From assembly GCA_013265495.1 (NCBI GenBank), contig MU057701.1:1426001-1490000 (forward strand): DNA of 64,000 bases, read 5' to 3'. Source of the DNA: Vicugna vicugna (Eukaryota). The notes beneath the pieces are model-generated. The model was not told where the DNA came from, ran no database searches, and worked only from the letters and a program-made list of their open reading frames with translations. Both the position numbers and the translations under genes were made by a program. Positions within the stretch are counted from its first letter, which is position 1. Every line of letters begins with the position of its first letter. Of this stretch, positions 35,431 to 48,500 are shown piece by piece.

Positions 35431-38400
35431 AGGACCTACAGGGCCTGTAATCAAGGGGAAGGGAATGTCTTGCGTTTGTAATCCTCGTTTAAACTTTTCA
35501 AAATGCTGTAACTTTGGGAAACGAATGCAACTGGAACTGGGCAGGCATTTTCACCCAAGAGCTTGACTCTTCTTACCTGCCTTGCAGGTTTCTTGGCTGT
35601 GGAGGCAGCGGGTTTCCTTTCGTGCTGCAGGACTTCGTTAGGCAGGTTAAGCGGTGAGAATTGGACTCTTTTTCAAGACCCCCATACGGGACAGCGGTGA
35701 GGCCGCTTTAAAACTTTAAACCAAACACTGCCTCCTCACGGGAGAGCGCCGTGGGGTTGTCCAAAAATGTCTTTTCATCTTTTTCTGGAGGGAAGAGCCT
35801 GGTTTACCTTTGTTTAACTATTTCAGTCCTTCACTCAGGCTGTGGATTTGGACTGGGAGGACATTTTGTGGACAGACTTGCCTTTTTTTTTATTTTGGTT
35901 GGAAGAACCTAAATTAACAAGTGTGGTTTTTTTTTTTTTGTAACTATTGTTCAGGATGTGGGTATGGCACATTGGAGCAGGTCCTGTTTAATGACCTCCA
36001 CTGTGTACTCTTTAATATGGTGTATCAGGTACCAGGTGGCCAGGTGGAGAATTGACTTGTGTGTACCTGAGTACCACAGCATGAACTCTTTGGAGGTTAT
36101 GCATTTTAGGTAAATAATAGTCCATGCTCTTGAGATAACAAGAATTTGGAAGCAGCTGAAGTAATACTGGGCCACCTTTTTCAAATTCAGGGTTTTTTTT
36201 TCCTAAAGGAAAATTTGTACACACTTCACGATAAAACTCATGTAAGTTAAGTTTTCCTTCTAATTTAAAAAAAAGTCCACCTTTACAACTAGGGTCCAAT
36301 TTTGAACTTGAACATTTCATCTTGGATTGGTTAACTGCTGCCTGGCGTCTGTTCACAAATAAGAGTATAAAGAGAATGACCAAAATACATGACACAGAAA
36401 TCAATCATTTCATATCATCCGGACCCAGGTGTACATGATTTTCTTTGCCACAGCTTTCCATTTGCTGTTCTTTCACTGGATTCTAGTGTTTTGGGTTATT
36501 GAATAACTTTGTCTAAAGAGCCAAAAAATAACTATTTCCCTTTTGTTGGGACTGTAGTTTCAGTTCATGTAAATATTTCCTAACTGTATTTAGAAATCCA
36601 AACTTCTCAGAGTTCATGGTATAATAGTCCAGACCCTTATCAGAAGGTTATGTTTTAGTGTTAACTGCTTTTTAGGGAAAAGCTCAGACTTTCACTCCCA
36701 AAATTGTCTACCTGTAAAAATTTTGATCCCCAAACATAGAATTATTGTTTTAAGATTCTAAATGTGACCCAGTGCAGAGCTTGCAGTTAAACTAGGCAGC
36801 AGTGATGTGCAGAACACACTACTGGCTGTAAAATCAGACAAAGCTGAGTTGTTTCTGGTCACTGGCTAGCTGTGCCCTCAGAGTCTTAGAGGCTCAGTTT
36901 CCTGACCTGTGAAATGGGGACAACTAACACTTGTGAAGGGACCTGGTGCATCATCGATAATAATGTAAATTCTCCTTACCACCCTGTAAAGGTGTTTTTT
37001 TTACTCTAAGACATTATTTTTTAAATGTTACACTGTGCCTCTGCAAAGACTATTTTCTTAATGATATTACTTTTTGATTGATGGAGTAACTAGTGCATTG
37101 GAGGCAGTATTGTGATTTTTCTTCAGTGTGTGTCTGAGCCAGACATTGCTTCATCCATGAGCTGAGACTCTACACTGCGGGATCCAAAATGCAGTTACAT
37201 CGATGTTCTTAAGCACTTTAGACTGTGTTTTGTTAATCCAGAATGTGCTGCTTCCACCAGTGAGTTTTCCCCTCCTTGCTAGACCCGGATCTTGTGCCTG
37301 ATGTTGGTTTGTGTTGCATCATTGCTGTCACACCATTGCTGCCCTGGGGTCCTCATTGTTCGGGTGCCACTGCTCTTGGGTAGCAGAGACCTGTAGCCTG
37401 TGAGACAGGATGCTTTCTTCAGCTATACATACACTTGCTTCTATTCAGCTGATGTTTTGGTTTTAGAGGGGAATAAACAACGTCACTGAGAACTGCAGAC
37501 CACGCACTGCGATGATCATCTTGAGACACGAGTCTTAACTAGGCATGACCTTGTTTATCACTTATTCTGATAGTTATCACCTCCATGAATTATCCTAATA
37601 GGAAATATCAGGTATTTATACAGGAGCCAGGAGGAGAATGTTTCATTAAGCTCACCTCCTCCAGACTGCTGGTCATGAAATTAGACTGTAGTTGTGCACA
37701 TGGGTTTGTGTTGTTTCATTAACTTACCTGCCCACTTGGCTTTCCCCAGTAGTATAGCTTCTCAGAGCACAGGAGAATATGTGTGTGAGTGATTCTTGAG
37801 AAAGTTCAGCAGTAGACCATATTCCTGAATATAAAACCAGTGAGCTACAATGTAAAGGTTTCTTCATGTCTGGACGGAATGGCACCACCTGCACGGGCCT
37901 GGGGGATGTGGTTATTTGCCTGCCACCAGCAGTGACTCCATTTTTCTGGTTGAAGAATCACTGAATAACTGTTTCATTTTCATTAGAAACCTCTTTGGTT
38001 TGGAAATCCAGAGTAATCTTTAGGTTCTATATTGTGTGTGTTTCAAAATGATCAAATCTCCTTAAAGAGATGATACAGGGAAGAAAAGCCTAATGTGTCA
38101 TTTTAATGGATTCAGTTTTTATCATGCACACATAACCCGGGGCCTGTAACCTAGCAATATGATTAGAGTGTGATGCTGGCTTAAAAAATAGGGACAGTGA
38201 ATCATAGTCTGTGAATAATAAACATGCTGGTTGGCTCTATTTCCCAGGGGCTGGGGATTTTTGTTTTTCAATCTTTATCTTTACCTATATCTCATGTTGG
38301 TTTCAAACTTCCCTGCCTCATGCTCACAGATACTTAAATGAATGCAACAGACCAGATACAGAGTGAGAAAAGTAGAATTAAAAAAATAATCCCAAAGTCC

Positions 38401-38992
38401 TTGCTTGCATTATTAAAAAAGATTTTTAAATTACTTTTACACAGTCTCGGCACCACTTCTGATTATCTTAGGTTCTTTGTTCACGTAAAAACACGCAGCG
38501 AGTAAAACCATGTGTTCTGTATTTTTGTTCAGTTTTTTTTCCCCCATAGAACCTTTCCTATAACCTGTTAGGAAGTGTTTGAGTGCACCACTGTGTTTGT
38601 CACTTTGAGTAGCACCTTAGTAAATTATCATCCACACAAAAGGCATTTGAGCTTTCTGTGCCCAACCCTGGATTAGGGACTGGGGTCATAATTGACCAGG
38701 GTTGATGTGGTAATAAGCCGTGCTTTACCCTAGTGATCACCCTGCTGGGGTCACCTGGGTTGTTTCGAGTTTTTCTACTATTATAAGAAAAGGTGGATTT
38801 TCTCTTTTTTGAATCTTATGTGTTTGGTGCTTTCTGTATGATAACATGGGAAGATTTGAAAAAAAATCTCAAAGTAGAAATGCTATAAAAAAATTTGTTG
38901 TAAGAAAGTTAGACAGCATAGTCTAAATTAAAAAAAAAAACACCCACAATAAACCTATACTTATATTACCCAAACATTACCTCTATTAACAC

Positions 38993-39995
38993 TTTCTTTA
39001 ATTGACGTGTAGTCAGTTTACAATGTTGTGTCAGTTTCTGGTGTACAGCATAATAGTTCAGTTATACATGTACATACATATATATTCCTTTTCATATTCT
39101 TTTTCATTATAGGTTACTACAAGATATTGAATATGATTTCCTGTGCTATACAGTATAAACCTGTTTATCTATTTTATGTATAGTAGTATCTGCAAATTTC
39201 AAATTCACAATTTATCCCTTCCCACTCCCTTTAACATCTTAACAGCTATATTGACATATAATTCGCATATCATACAATTCACCCACTTAAAATGTACAAT
39301 TCAGTGGTTTTTAGTATATTCACAGAATTATATAACCATCCCCACAATCAGTTTTATGATATTTTCATCATCACTGAAAGAAACTCTGTATCCATTAGCT
39401 GTCATTCCCCATTTCCCAAAAACCTCCCAGTTCCGGTAACCACTGATCGAAATTCTCTCTCTCTAGAGATTTGTCTATTCTGGACATTTTGTATAAATGG
39501 AAGCGTATTACGTGTGATCTCTTGTGTCTGGCTTCTTTCACTTAGCATAATGCTTTCAAGGTTCATCCGTGTTGTAGCATGTGTCAGTGCTTTGTTCCTT
39601 TTTATTGATGAATAATATTCCATTATATGGATATGCCCCACTTTTTTATCCATTCTTTATCTGATGGACATTTGTGTTGTTTCCCCTTTTTGGCTTTTAT
39701 ATGAATAACGCTTCTGTGAATATTTGGGCACAAATTTTTGAATGGCTGTGTATTTTCATTTTTCTTGAGTATATACCGAGGAGTGGGGTTTCTGGGTCAT
39801 GTGATCTAACATTTTGAGGAACTGTTCTCCAGAGCAGCTGCACTATTTCACATTCCCACCTGCAGTATGGAAGGTTCCAGTTTCTCTACATTCTCACCAG
39901 CACTTGATACTGTCTGTCTTTTTGATTATAGTTGTTGTCCTACTGGCTGTGAAGTGCTAACTCCTTATGGTTTTGATTTGCATTTCTCTGATGGT
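38993..39995 (-). mobile_element. Antisense L1 3' ends (younger piece ~38993-39230 abutting older L1M ~39240-39995) in ERN1 intron 1
   Basis: ttacaatgttgtgtcagtttctggtgtacagcat..ccctgtgctatacagta; then tggcttctttcacttagcataatg..ggttttgatttgcatttctctgatg. Confidence 0.85.
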
Positions 39996-41079
39996 TGATC
40001 TACTAATATCTAGAAATAATCCTTCCAGATGTTTTTTTATGTGCACATATTTGCGTAGATGTTTTTCTTCCCCAAACTGGAATACATTATAAATCTTTTT
40101 GTGCTAATAAATTTAATTCTACAACATTATTCCCACTGGCTGTGTAATATTTCTCTGAATGGGCATACCATATTTTGACCACTCGACCATTTAGATACTT
40201 TTAGGCTGTTTTTAATTTTCATTACTATAAACAGTTATGTTAAACCTTATTGCTAAACTCTTGAACTATCTTAATTGCTTAATTATTTCCTTGGGATAAA
40301 TTCCTAGAACTGGAATTTCCTGGTCATACGTGCTCTTTTACAGCCCCCAAGCAATACTGAATGTTTTAAAAAGCACAAAACTAACCTTAAATTGGTTTCA
40401 TGATAGCCATTTTACAGTAAGTATTTTAGCAGGGTGGATTTTAATTCAAGTGAAAATGGAATGTTTAGGTTTTAGTTTGCTTATATTTAGAAGACCTGAA
40501 TAACCAGAACAGTATCCTTATGACACCTTATATACCTTGAAGCTACTGGGAGAATGTTTTATTCTAATTTGTTAATAACTTGTTTGCAGGGTCCTCTGGC
40601 CTGCAGTGGTTTCAGATCAGCTTTCTAGCAGATGTGGCCCCCGTGAGCACCCTGAAATACCTCGGGATAATTCTGTGAGTTTGGTTTTGAGGGTAGGCCA
40701 CCCACTACAGACAAGATTCTTTCGATATTGGTTGTGAGGCCATTTAAAATTTTACCTCAAGACTGTTTGTAAATCAAAAGTTGACGCATTGGTTGTCGCT
40801 TTTGGAGGCCGCAGTTCTTAAAACGCTCATCTGGTCCATACAGCTGCTTTTCCTAGGAAAATTAAAGTACCACTTGACAATAAAGTGAAATGTTTGGTGG
40901 TGTTTTGTTTTGTTTTTCCTACAAACGTACCTGAACTTATTTATCCAAAAGAATGTTGTTTCTTTCAAAACAATCACCCCTTCAGGGTCAATGTTCATGT
41001 CAAACAAATCAGTCCTTTTTTTTTTTTTTTTTTACTTTTCAGTACTTCATTTAATAATTCAACTTTAAAATGAAAAAAC

Positions 41080-41200
41080 GGGGGCAGGGTATAGCTCAAT
41101 GTTAGATCACATGCTTAGCATGCACAAGGTCCTGGATTCCATCCCCAGTACTTCCATTAAAAATAAATAATAATAAAATAAATTTTTAAAAAACAAAAAA
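41080..41200 (+). mobile_element. tRNA-Ala-derived camelid SINE (vic-1 type)
   Basis: gggtatagctcaatg..gcttagcatgcacaaggtcctggattccatccccag head with A-rich tail. Confidence 0.8.
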
Positions 41201-43464
41201 AGGAACTCTGAAAAAGCAAATATTTATTTTTAAGCCGATTATCCTTACACAACTTACAACATTTCCCAATTTCTTCCAGTTCTTGCTTGAATATAACTTT
41301 GATATGGTCCACACTGAAGTTTTGATCTAAACTGTTATTACTCAGCTTGATTACACAATTTATCGAGGACACTTGGATTTTCGGTTGTGTCTAAAAACCA
41401 GTAAAAGACTTTTTATCACGTAGAGGATTCAAAACTATATTCTTTGAAGGGGATTTCCAAAAAAATTCCAGAAACATTGTGGACAGTGGGAGCTCATCTG
41501 GATAAATGTATAGCTTCCCATCACAGTATGTTAGACTCCTTGAAGCGATCTTGCTGGTCTAGTCCATCGAGTCTTAGTAATTTCCCCACCTGACCCCCAC
41601 ATAAAGAATAGGGTGTACATGCATCAGTAACAGTGGGAGCACATTAGAACCTTTGGGAGTAGTATTTGGGGGCACACACTACCCTCGCTCAGGCATCACC
41701 CTGCCCTCCCAAGTTGAACTGTCACTGCTCTGCTGTGTTCCTGGAGCAGACAGATGAGGAAGCTGAGGCCAGAGAGGGCTGGTGACCTGTCCAAGGTCAT
41801 GTGCCGGTGGTGGAACTGAACCTTGGATCTGATTCTCCTGCTTCCCTGAAGGAGCAGCCCCCTCAGTGCTATGTTCTGGTATGTGTGTTAGAACAAGTAA
41901 GTCCTGCTACCCCAGTGACACCTGAGGAGCGGCCACACCATGATGCAGTGGGAGATGGCACCTGGAGAAGGACCAGGAAGAGGAGAAGGTAGATGTTCCT
42001 GTAAGCTTCAGAAAGTACTCGGAAAATGCTCTCGTTCCTCCCAGGAGAGTCGCAGCCTCTTTCCCTTTGTTTCAGTGGGCGAAAGATGCAGCTTTGAGAT
42101 GGAAAGGCTGCCTTCCCCTGAGAATCTCCATCAGGGACATTGACCATTTCCAATGCTGGAGCCAAATCCAGCGATCATGGGGAGAGGGCAGGTTCAGAGG
42201 CTCTTACACCGAATTACAGTTTAAGCTCATTTCTTTGCTTGAGGTCTAATAATATCCAAGCAGGTGCATGTTTTTCAGTCAGATCTTGCCCTGAAATGTT
42301 TCTGAAATAGCAAAACTGAAAGTTCATGTCTTAGACGCCTTTAACCAAAGTTGCTCTTCCATACTGCAGCACAGCCTTCAGCATGGGATCCTGAAAAGAC
42401 AGAACTCTCTAGTCATCACGCTGGGTCTGTGATGTTTGCCTTTGCAGAGGCCCACACCTGCCACAAAGTTCTGGCACCAGGAAGTGTGTGTGTGACTCTG
42501 GGAAGGAGAGTGGCCTTGGCCCTTGGACCGCAGTGGAAGGACATAGGTTAGCTCAGGTGGGTCTCAGGAGAGGGCAGTGAGGGAGAGAGGAGGGGGCTGG
42601 GAAGGTGCCCGCGTTGAGGTGGCACTCTTCTCTTGCTGGCAGGGACCGAGTCTTTCTTACCTTTGCATCCTGCAGGGCATTTAGCACAGCGAGGGGCACG
42701 CAGCAAGTACTGATTGGATTTCTCTTTGAGGCTCTTGAAAACCCATAAAATAAGGAGCTGTCTTTCATCCTCAGGCAAGTGGGTTGTGGAGTTGTGGCTG
42801 AGGGGAAGAAGATCTTGCTTTAGCTGTAATCTGTATTCTTTAATGGGATCTCATCGATAGCATTTCTTTCTACAGAATGAGAGGAGCTTCCTGGATACTT
42901 GCTTGGGTGGACATGATCCCTAGTGTATGGTGCTCTCTTGATGGGCTCCCCTTGTCAGTCATGAGATTAATTTTCCCATTGCCAAACCCCAGAAGATTAA
43001 GTAGTCTGTGAGTATTCCAAATCAGTTTCATTTCTCACGAGCATGATGTTTCGCCATTAAAAAATAAACCTTGATCCAGGGTTGTCCTCTTATGTATGTA
43101 TTAAACATGATTTCCCTAGTTAGTAGACAAATTTTATAATTATAATTCAAAACCACCGCTTCCCCTGGTGGATGATATTCCCCCTCTATTTCAGATGAGG
43201 GAATAATTGTTTGTCTAGGCTGCGGAAGTGTTTGTCATGGAAACCGGATTTTTTCATACATTTTCTGAACAAACAGTGCTGTCAGATCCCTAGAACCTGA
43301 CGCTGTCATTGATCTCCAGTTGCGTTAGAGGAGTTTGTGGACCAAACTAGCTCTGATCTCTTTTCTCTTAAAGCAAATGATCCATGACTCCTCAGGGGGC
43401 TCTAGGAGTGAGAAAAACACCTGTACAGGGGCCACAGCTGCAGCCAGGAGTGTGTTATTTGAGG

Positions 43465-43648
43465 CAGCGCTCCTCCAGCCTGGCTGAATGAATCACCTGG
43501 AGTCACCTGGAGTCCTTTTTAAAAACTATGCCAAGACCCCACCCCAGATGAATGAAGTCAGAATCTCTGAAGGCCAGCATTCTTTCTCTTAAAAAAAAAT
43601 TATTTTTATTAAAGCCCAGATGACTCTAATGTGTAGCCAGGTTGAGGC
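43465..43648. mobile_element. MER5-like hAT fragment
   Basis: gaatcacctggag..ccccaccccaga..tcagaatctct..gatgactctaatgtgtagccagg. Confidence 0.6.
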
Positions 43649-43671
43649 CATCAATAATTTCTGTCCCCTCT

Positions 43672-43808
43672 GGTGGGGAGAGTATAGCTCAAAGTGGTAG
43701 AGCGTATGCTTGGCATCCACAAGGCCCTGGGTTCAATCCCCAGTACCTCCTCTTAAATAAATAAGTAAACCTAATTACCTGCCCCATAAAAATAAATTAA
43801 TTTAAAAA
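43672..43808 (+). mobile_element. tRNA-Ala-derived camelid SINE (vic-1 type)
   Basis: A and B boxes (tagctcaaagtgg, gggttcaatccc), aaacctaattacc body, degenerate TSD aataatttctgtcccctc / aatgatatctgtcccttc. Confidence 0.85.
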
Positions 43809-45239
43809 ATAATGATATCTGTCCCTTCATCCTGGACAGAGCCAGTGTGTCCCCCTGTGCCCTGGACCAGACCCAGGCCAGCTTTGGGCTCATTTTATAG
43901 AGAAGTCAGGGATTAATACATTTTGCTAGTTAGCAACAGAACTAAGAATAGAGAAGCAAGCATTGCGTGTTTTCTAATATACTATATTGCCCAGTTTTAA
44001 AAGACAGATGGATATTTGTTCTTGGAGTACTAACTACTGAAATTGCTTTTTAAAAAATCAGCTTTAACTGATAACTGGCCTTCAACTGAGATAAACTTAG
44101 TTATTGAATTCTAAGATGTTTAGAAGTATTTAAAGTTCCACTTACGCTTACGCACTTCTTTTTGCCTTCTGTCTGTATTAAGAGGCCTAAGGAATCAAAA
44201 CAATATTGTTTTTCTAGGTTGCTTCAATTACCTGGCAGGTAAAACCTCCTCAAGTCTGAAAAGAACCTTCTGTAGCCAGAGTGAAGTAGCCAGAGGGACT
44301 GGGTATGGAAGAAATTTGTGGAAGGATTAAGTTCGAGAGTTAAAGTACTAAGAATGAAGCATATAAACAAAAAGGGACAGGGTGAGAACGTGTATGTTGG
44401 AAGCAAGTCATGAGAGGGTACAGCTGGTGATGCTCTCTTTCCCCTTTCCGGGTGAGAGCTGGATATCTGGGTATTTATCAGCCCTGCAGCCTGAAGGGTT
44501 TTTACAGCACGTGCACAGTTGAAAGGCGCCACGGCAGGAGATGGCCGGTCACCTGTCTCAGCCCCTGCACCAGCCTTCGTTGTTACTCAAAGAATCCTAA
44601 TAGCTGGTTCAGAAACAAGAAGAAACTCACTTCTAAAACTCGCATGGACTGAGCTGAACTAAATCTAAGCTCTGCTGGAACCATGTTGACAAACGTCAGT
44701 AGAATTGGGAGGTCACTCCTTGAAGACAGCCTCAGACCTAACAGTCGGGTCAGCTCCAGGCCCAGAGCTGCGTTTCCCGACCCAGCTTCATGCGGAAAGG
44801 AAATCCCGAGTGGCAGCTGTGCTTCTCAAGTCGGTGGACTGGCGTAGTCTGTCATTTTAGTTGTTTCAAAATGCAGTTTATAGGTACGGTCTTTTGTTTT
44901 CATACATGTTTTGACCCACACATGAAAATGTATTCTTTCAGGGAGCGGAAGCTGAGAGAGGAGGGCTTAGGTACTAGCTCCCTGGGAGACTTTGGACAAA
45001 TGAGTTATGTGCCTCTGTTTCTTCATTTGTACAACAAGGCCATGGAACTAGAAATCTTTCAAGTGGGCTTGTTTCTAAATGTCTTCAAGTTAGGAACCAT
45101 TTAGGTTGAGGGGATGAGTCACCCAGCTGTATCATTTCACGTTCCCTCTTACCTGGGTCATGGAAGGTGGGAGGGCTGCTCTGCCTTGAGCCCCCCAGCT
45201 TCCCAGCTCCTGATGTAGTAGATTCCAGCTGTTCAGCCA

Positions 45240-45520
45240 TTCGTTCATCCACCAATTTTATTGAGTACGTATTATATGTTTGAGGTGTTTGAGGTGCCTG
45301 GGACACATTAATGAACAAAGTAAAGACTCCTGCCCTCATGAAACTTACACCTACTTGGCGGAGACAGACAAGGAACAAGAGCATGATAAATACATAAATA
45401 TACAGAATGTGAGAAGGTGATAAGATTCTGTGGAAAGAAGGAAGACGTGGAGCAGAGCAAGGGAGACGGGGGCCTGGAAGGTGCTGCAGCAGTGGGCTGT
45501 CGTCTCACCAGGTAGGGCTC
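45240..45520 (-). mobile_element. LINE-2 3' end, antisense
   Basis: cattcgttcatcc..ttattgagtac..tcctgccctcatgaaacttaca. Confidence 0.65.
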
Positions 45521-48500
45521 ACCTGTCCCACAGGGCCCAGCCCGAGCGTGGAGCCTTCCCTGCCGGCTGTGTGCTCTAGACGCGAGCCCTCCCGGAGCTC
45601 AAGGCTTGGTGTCAGGGTTACCATACAGGTTTGTCCTCCAGTTTGTTTCTCAGCTCATCTTCAGAAGGGCTGGTGCTGACTACTCATGTTTGTTTGAAAA
45701 TCCTGGGCAAATAGGAGGTTTTGAGTATAATTGTTGTTGATTTTTAACAATAACATAACAAGAGAAAGTTTAAAATTCTGTCAGGGTAACCCCCATGTCT
45801 CAGGGGACAGAGCCAGCAATTCTTTGATTTTTGTGGTGGTTCTGCTCCCAAATGCACATGTGGTGTGTATCAATATATATGGTTGATATAGTATATATAC
45901 CTTTTTTTTAACAAACAAAATTAGTTTTTTTTTTTTGTTTTTGTTTTTGTTTTTTTTGCTGTGGAAGTATTTATAAGATATCCAGATAAACTGAATTACT
46001 ACAAGAAAGGTGTAAAACCAGGTTCGGGGAATCTGACCTCGAAGGTACCACCTCCCTCTGAACAATCCAGTGACCTTATCCAATTGTTCTGTTAGGGTTC
46101 ACTTTCCGCTTGCTGTGTTCTAGTTTTGCAAAGAAGAAAACGGTTTCCTTTACACACAGAGATTAAGGACAAGTTTATCTGTAGTTTTGGTACTAGAACT
46201 GGGGACCAAACCACAGTTGCTTCTAAAACCAACCCTAAGTCACCTTTATCTGATGATTCAGTACTTGGAAGTCTCTGGGGCTTTCGGTGCCAGAGTAAAG
46301 TTCACTGACTTATCTGATTTGTGGTTTGGAAGAGAATAGAGATCTCCCTTTCAGTTTAGGAGGTGGTTGGTTTTAAGAGTCTACATCAAGTATGTGTGCT
46401 TGGGAGTCACCCACCTCCTCCCGCATAACGTTAGTCGATTTCTAATGGTGTTTCTTTTCCCCACTCCGAACACTGAAGTGAATCAGATTATTACTAATTT
46501 CCAGTGTTGCAATATTTCAAGGTAAGTGGAGACACTGGGATGTTGAAAGACCACGATTGGGAATGACTGTGTTCAAAGGCATCAAGACTTCTAAACTATC
46601 AAATTCTTATGTGAGTCTTGGGCATGTTTTGATTGGTTGGGGCCAGAGGAGCCTACAGTAAAGGGTGGGGAGAGATGGGGGCCTGGTAAACCATAGATCA
46701 TCACTCTTCTGAGCTAAAAGGCACATCTAACCCAGTTTTCTTGCTTTATGGAATCGGAAACTGATGCCCAGCGAAATGTAATGACTTACCCAGAGCCTGT
46801 ACAGGACACATATCCCTGTGCCCAGCTCATCTTCTTCTAGCTTCATTTGCCCCAAAAGATGTCTTTTGAGCATGTGTCAGTCTCGTGGGCTTACCTCAGG
46901 AACTTTGGGTTTTTTTAACTTGGAGTTTTAAGGATAATTAACAGGCTTTGGAGTCAACAGGAACACAGGAGAGGCCACGGAATGAGCAGAATGCCTGAGC
47001 GGGGATGTGTGGGCTCAGAGTCTTAGGGAATTACTCTGGGCAGGGCCGGGGCATGTGGCCAGGTCAGCTTCCCGCAGGCACAGGGGTGGAACCTGCCGTC
47101 TCCATCCTTGCATTGAACTATTTCTCTGCTAGATGGTTAACTCCTCGAAGGAGGGAGTCTTACTGGACTTGGGGCTCCAGTGTCTTGTACAAAACCGATC
47201 CTTCTTTCTGTGTATCTGTGGGATAAAATAGAGTCCAGCAAGGGGGTGGGGTTGAAATAAGCAAACTAGCAAGTAAATTGGATGTAGAAAAGTCAGCCAA
47301 CAGGAAGAGGCGCGAAGTAGGGAGTGCCTGGGAGAGATTGATGAATCCTTCGTGTCCTTGCCAACCTCCTAGTAACATGAGACCATGACTTACCTCGTCC
47401 TGTAACGTTACTGCCCCCCGGATTTCTGCCTCCTGGAGCAAAAGTAGCCCTGAAACTGGCTGCAGGTACTGCAGGGAGGGAGCACCCCGGGGAGTAAAAA
47501 TAGGGGGGGTGGCACCCAGATGAAGGGTCTCAGAAAGCAAGAGACCTGGTGGTGGGGGCTGTCCTGTAGGCCACATTTTGTCACAGGAACAGCCTCATTT
47601 ATGAAACTCTCCCATGAAATTTTGGGATGTCAGGCTCCTGTTCAGCTGTAAACCAGCTCAGCAACATTCGTCACATGTTTGTATAAATTAACACACCAGA
47701 GAAAACTCACCTCAGGCGTGAGCCCTGATTGTGTTGGGCACATCTAACGCCTCACCTGAGAGGAGTCTGTCTTTCCCTCCAGATCTGCTTTACCCCAGTG
47801 TGAACACCATGTCCTCCTGCTCTTTCTGTAGGCTGCAGAGCTGACAAGATATGGAAAGACAGTTCTGATTTTTGTGGCCCACTGTGTTCGGGTGCACACT
47901 TGGCCTTCTGCCTGCTTTCCCAGCGCCCTCCTCTGCTTTCTCTCAGCAGCCCTGGCCCGAGAGGTCCTCAGTCCCAGCAAATTCTCTTCAGTCTCAGTGC
48001 CTTTGCACAGGCTGTTGTTCCCTCTGCCCAGGAAATTCTCCCCTTCCCTCCCCACTTCCTGTAGACCTTAACTCAGCTGCTGCTCCTTCAGAAGAACCCG
48101 TGACACGGTGCTGCCCGCCCCCAGCCCTGGGCCTGATCGGGTCCTGTTAACGCGCGCACGGTTCCCTGTACGTCTCTTTCCCGGCACGTGCTGCAGTTCG
48201 CTGTTCTGTTTGTGTGATAGTTTTACTAGCATGGTCCCTTAGACTATAAGCTCCACGGGGGCAGGGGTCAGATCACTGTTGTGATGCGATCCTAGTGTCT
48301 TACACAGTTCTTGATTAATCATCATAAGAACTGACGCCCAAATGGTGCTCACCATACACTCAGAGCTGGACACGTATTAACTCATTTAAATCTCTGTGCA
48401 ATCCTCTGAAGTCAGTGTTACCCCCCATTTCAGAGATGAGAAAACCAAAGCACTGGGAGGTGACCGTCCCGGGTGGTCTAGCTCCAGAGTCAGCCACCTC

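Noticed and set aside
34543..35566. Several long Pro/Arg/Ala/Gly-rich ORFs on both strands
   Set aside because: Result of stop-poor CpG-island sequence; only 35002-35052 is supported, ending at a splice donor
39143..39653. ORFs in the L1 region
   Set aside because: Degenerate L1 3' remnants, not an intact ORF2
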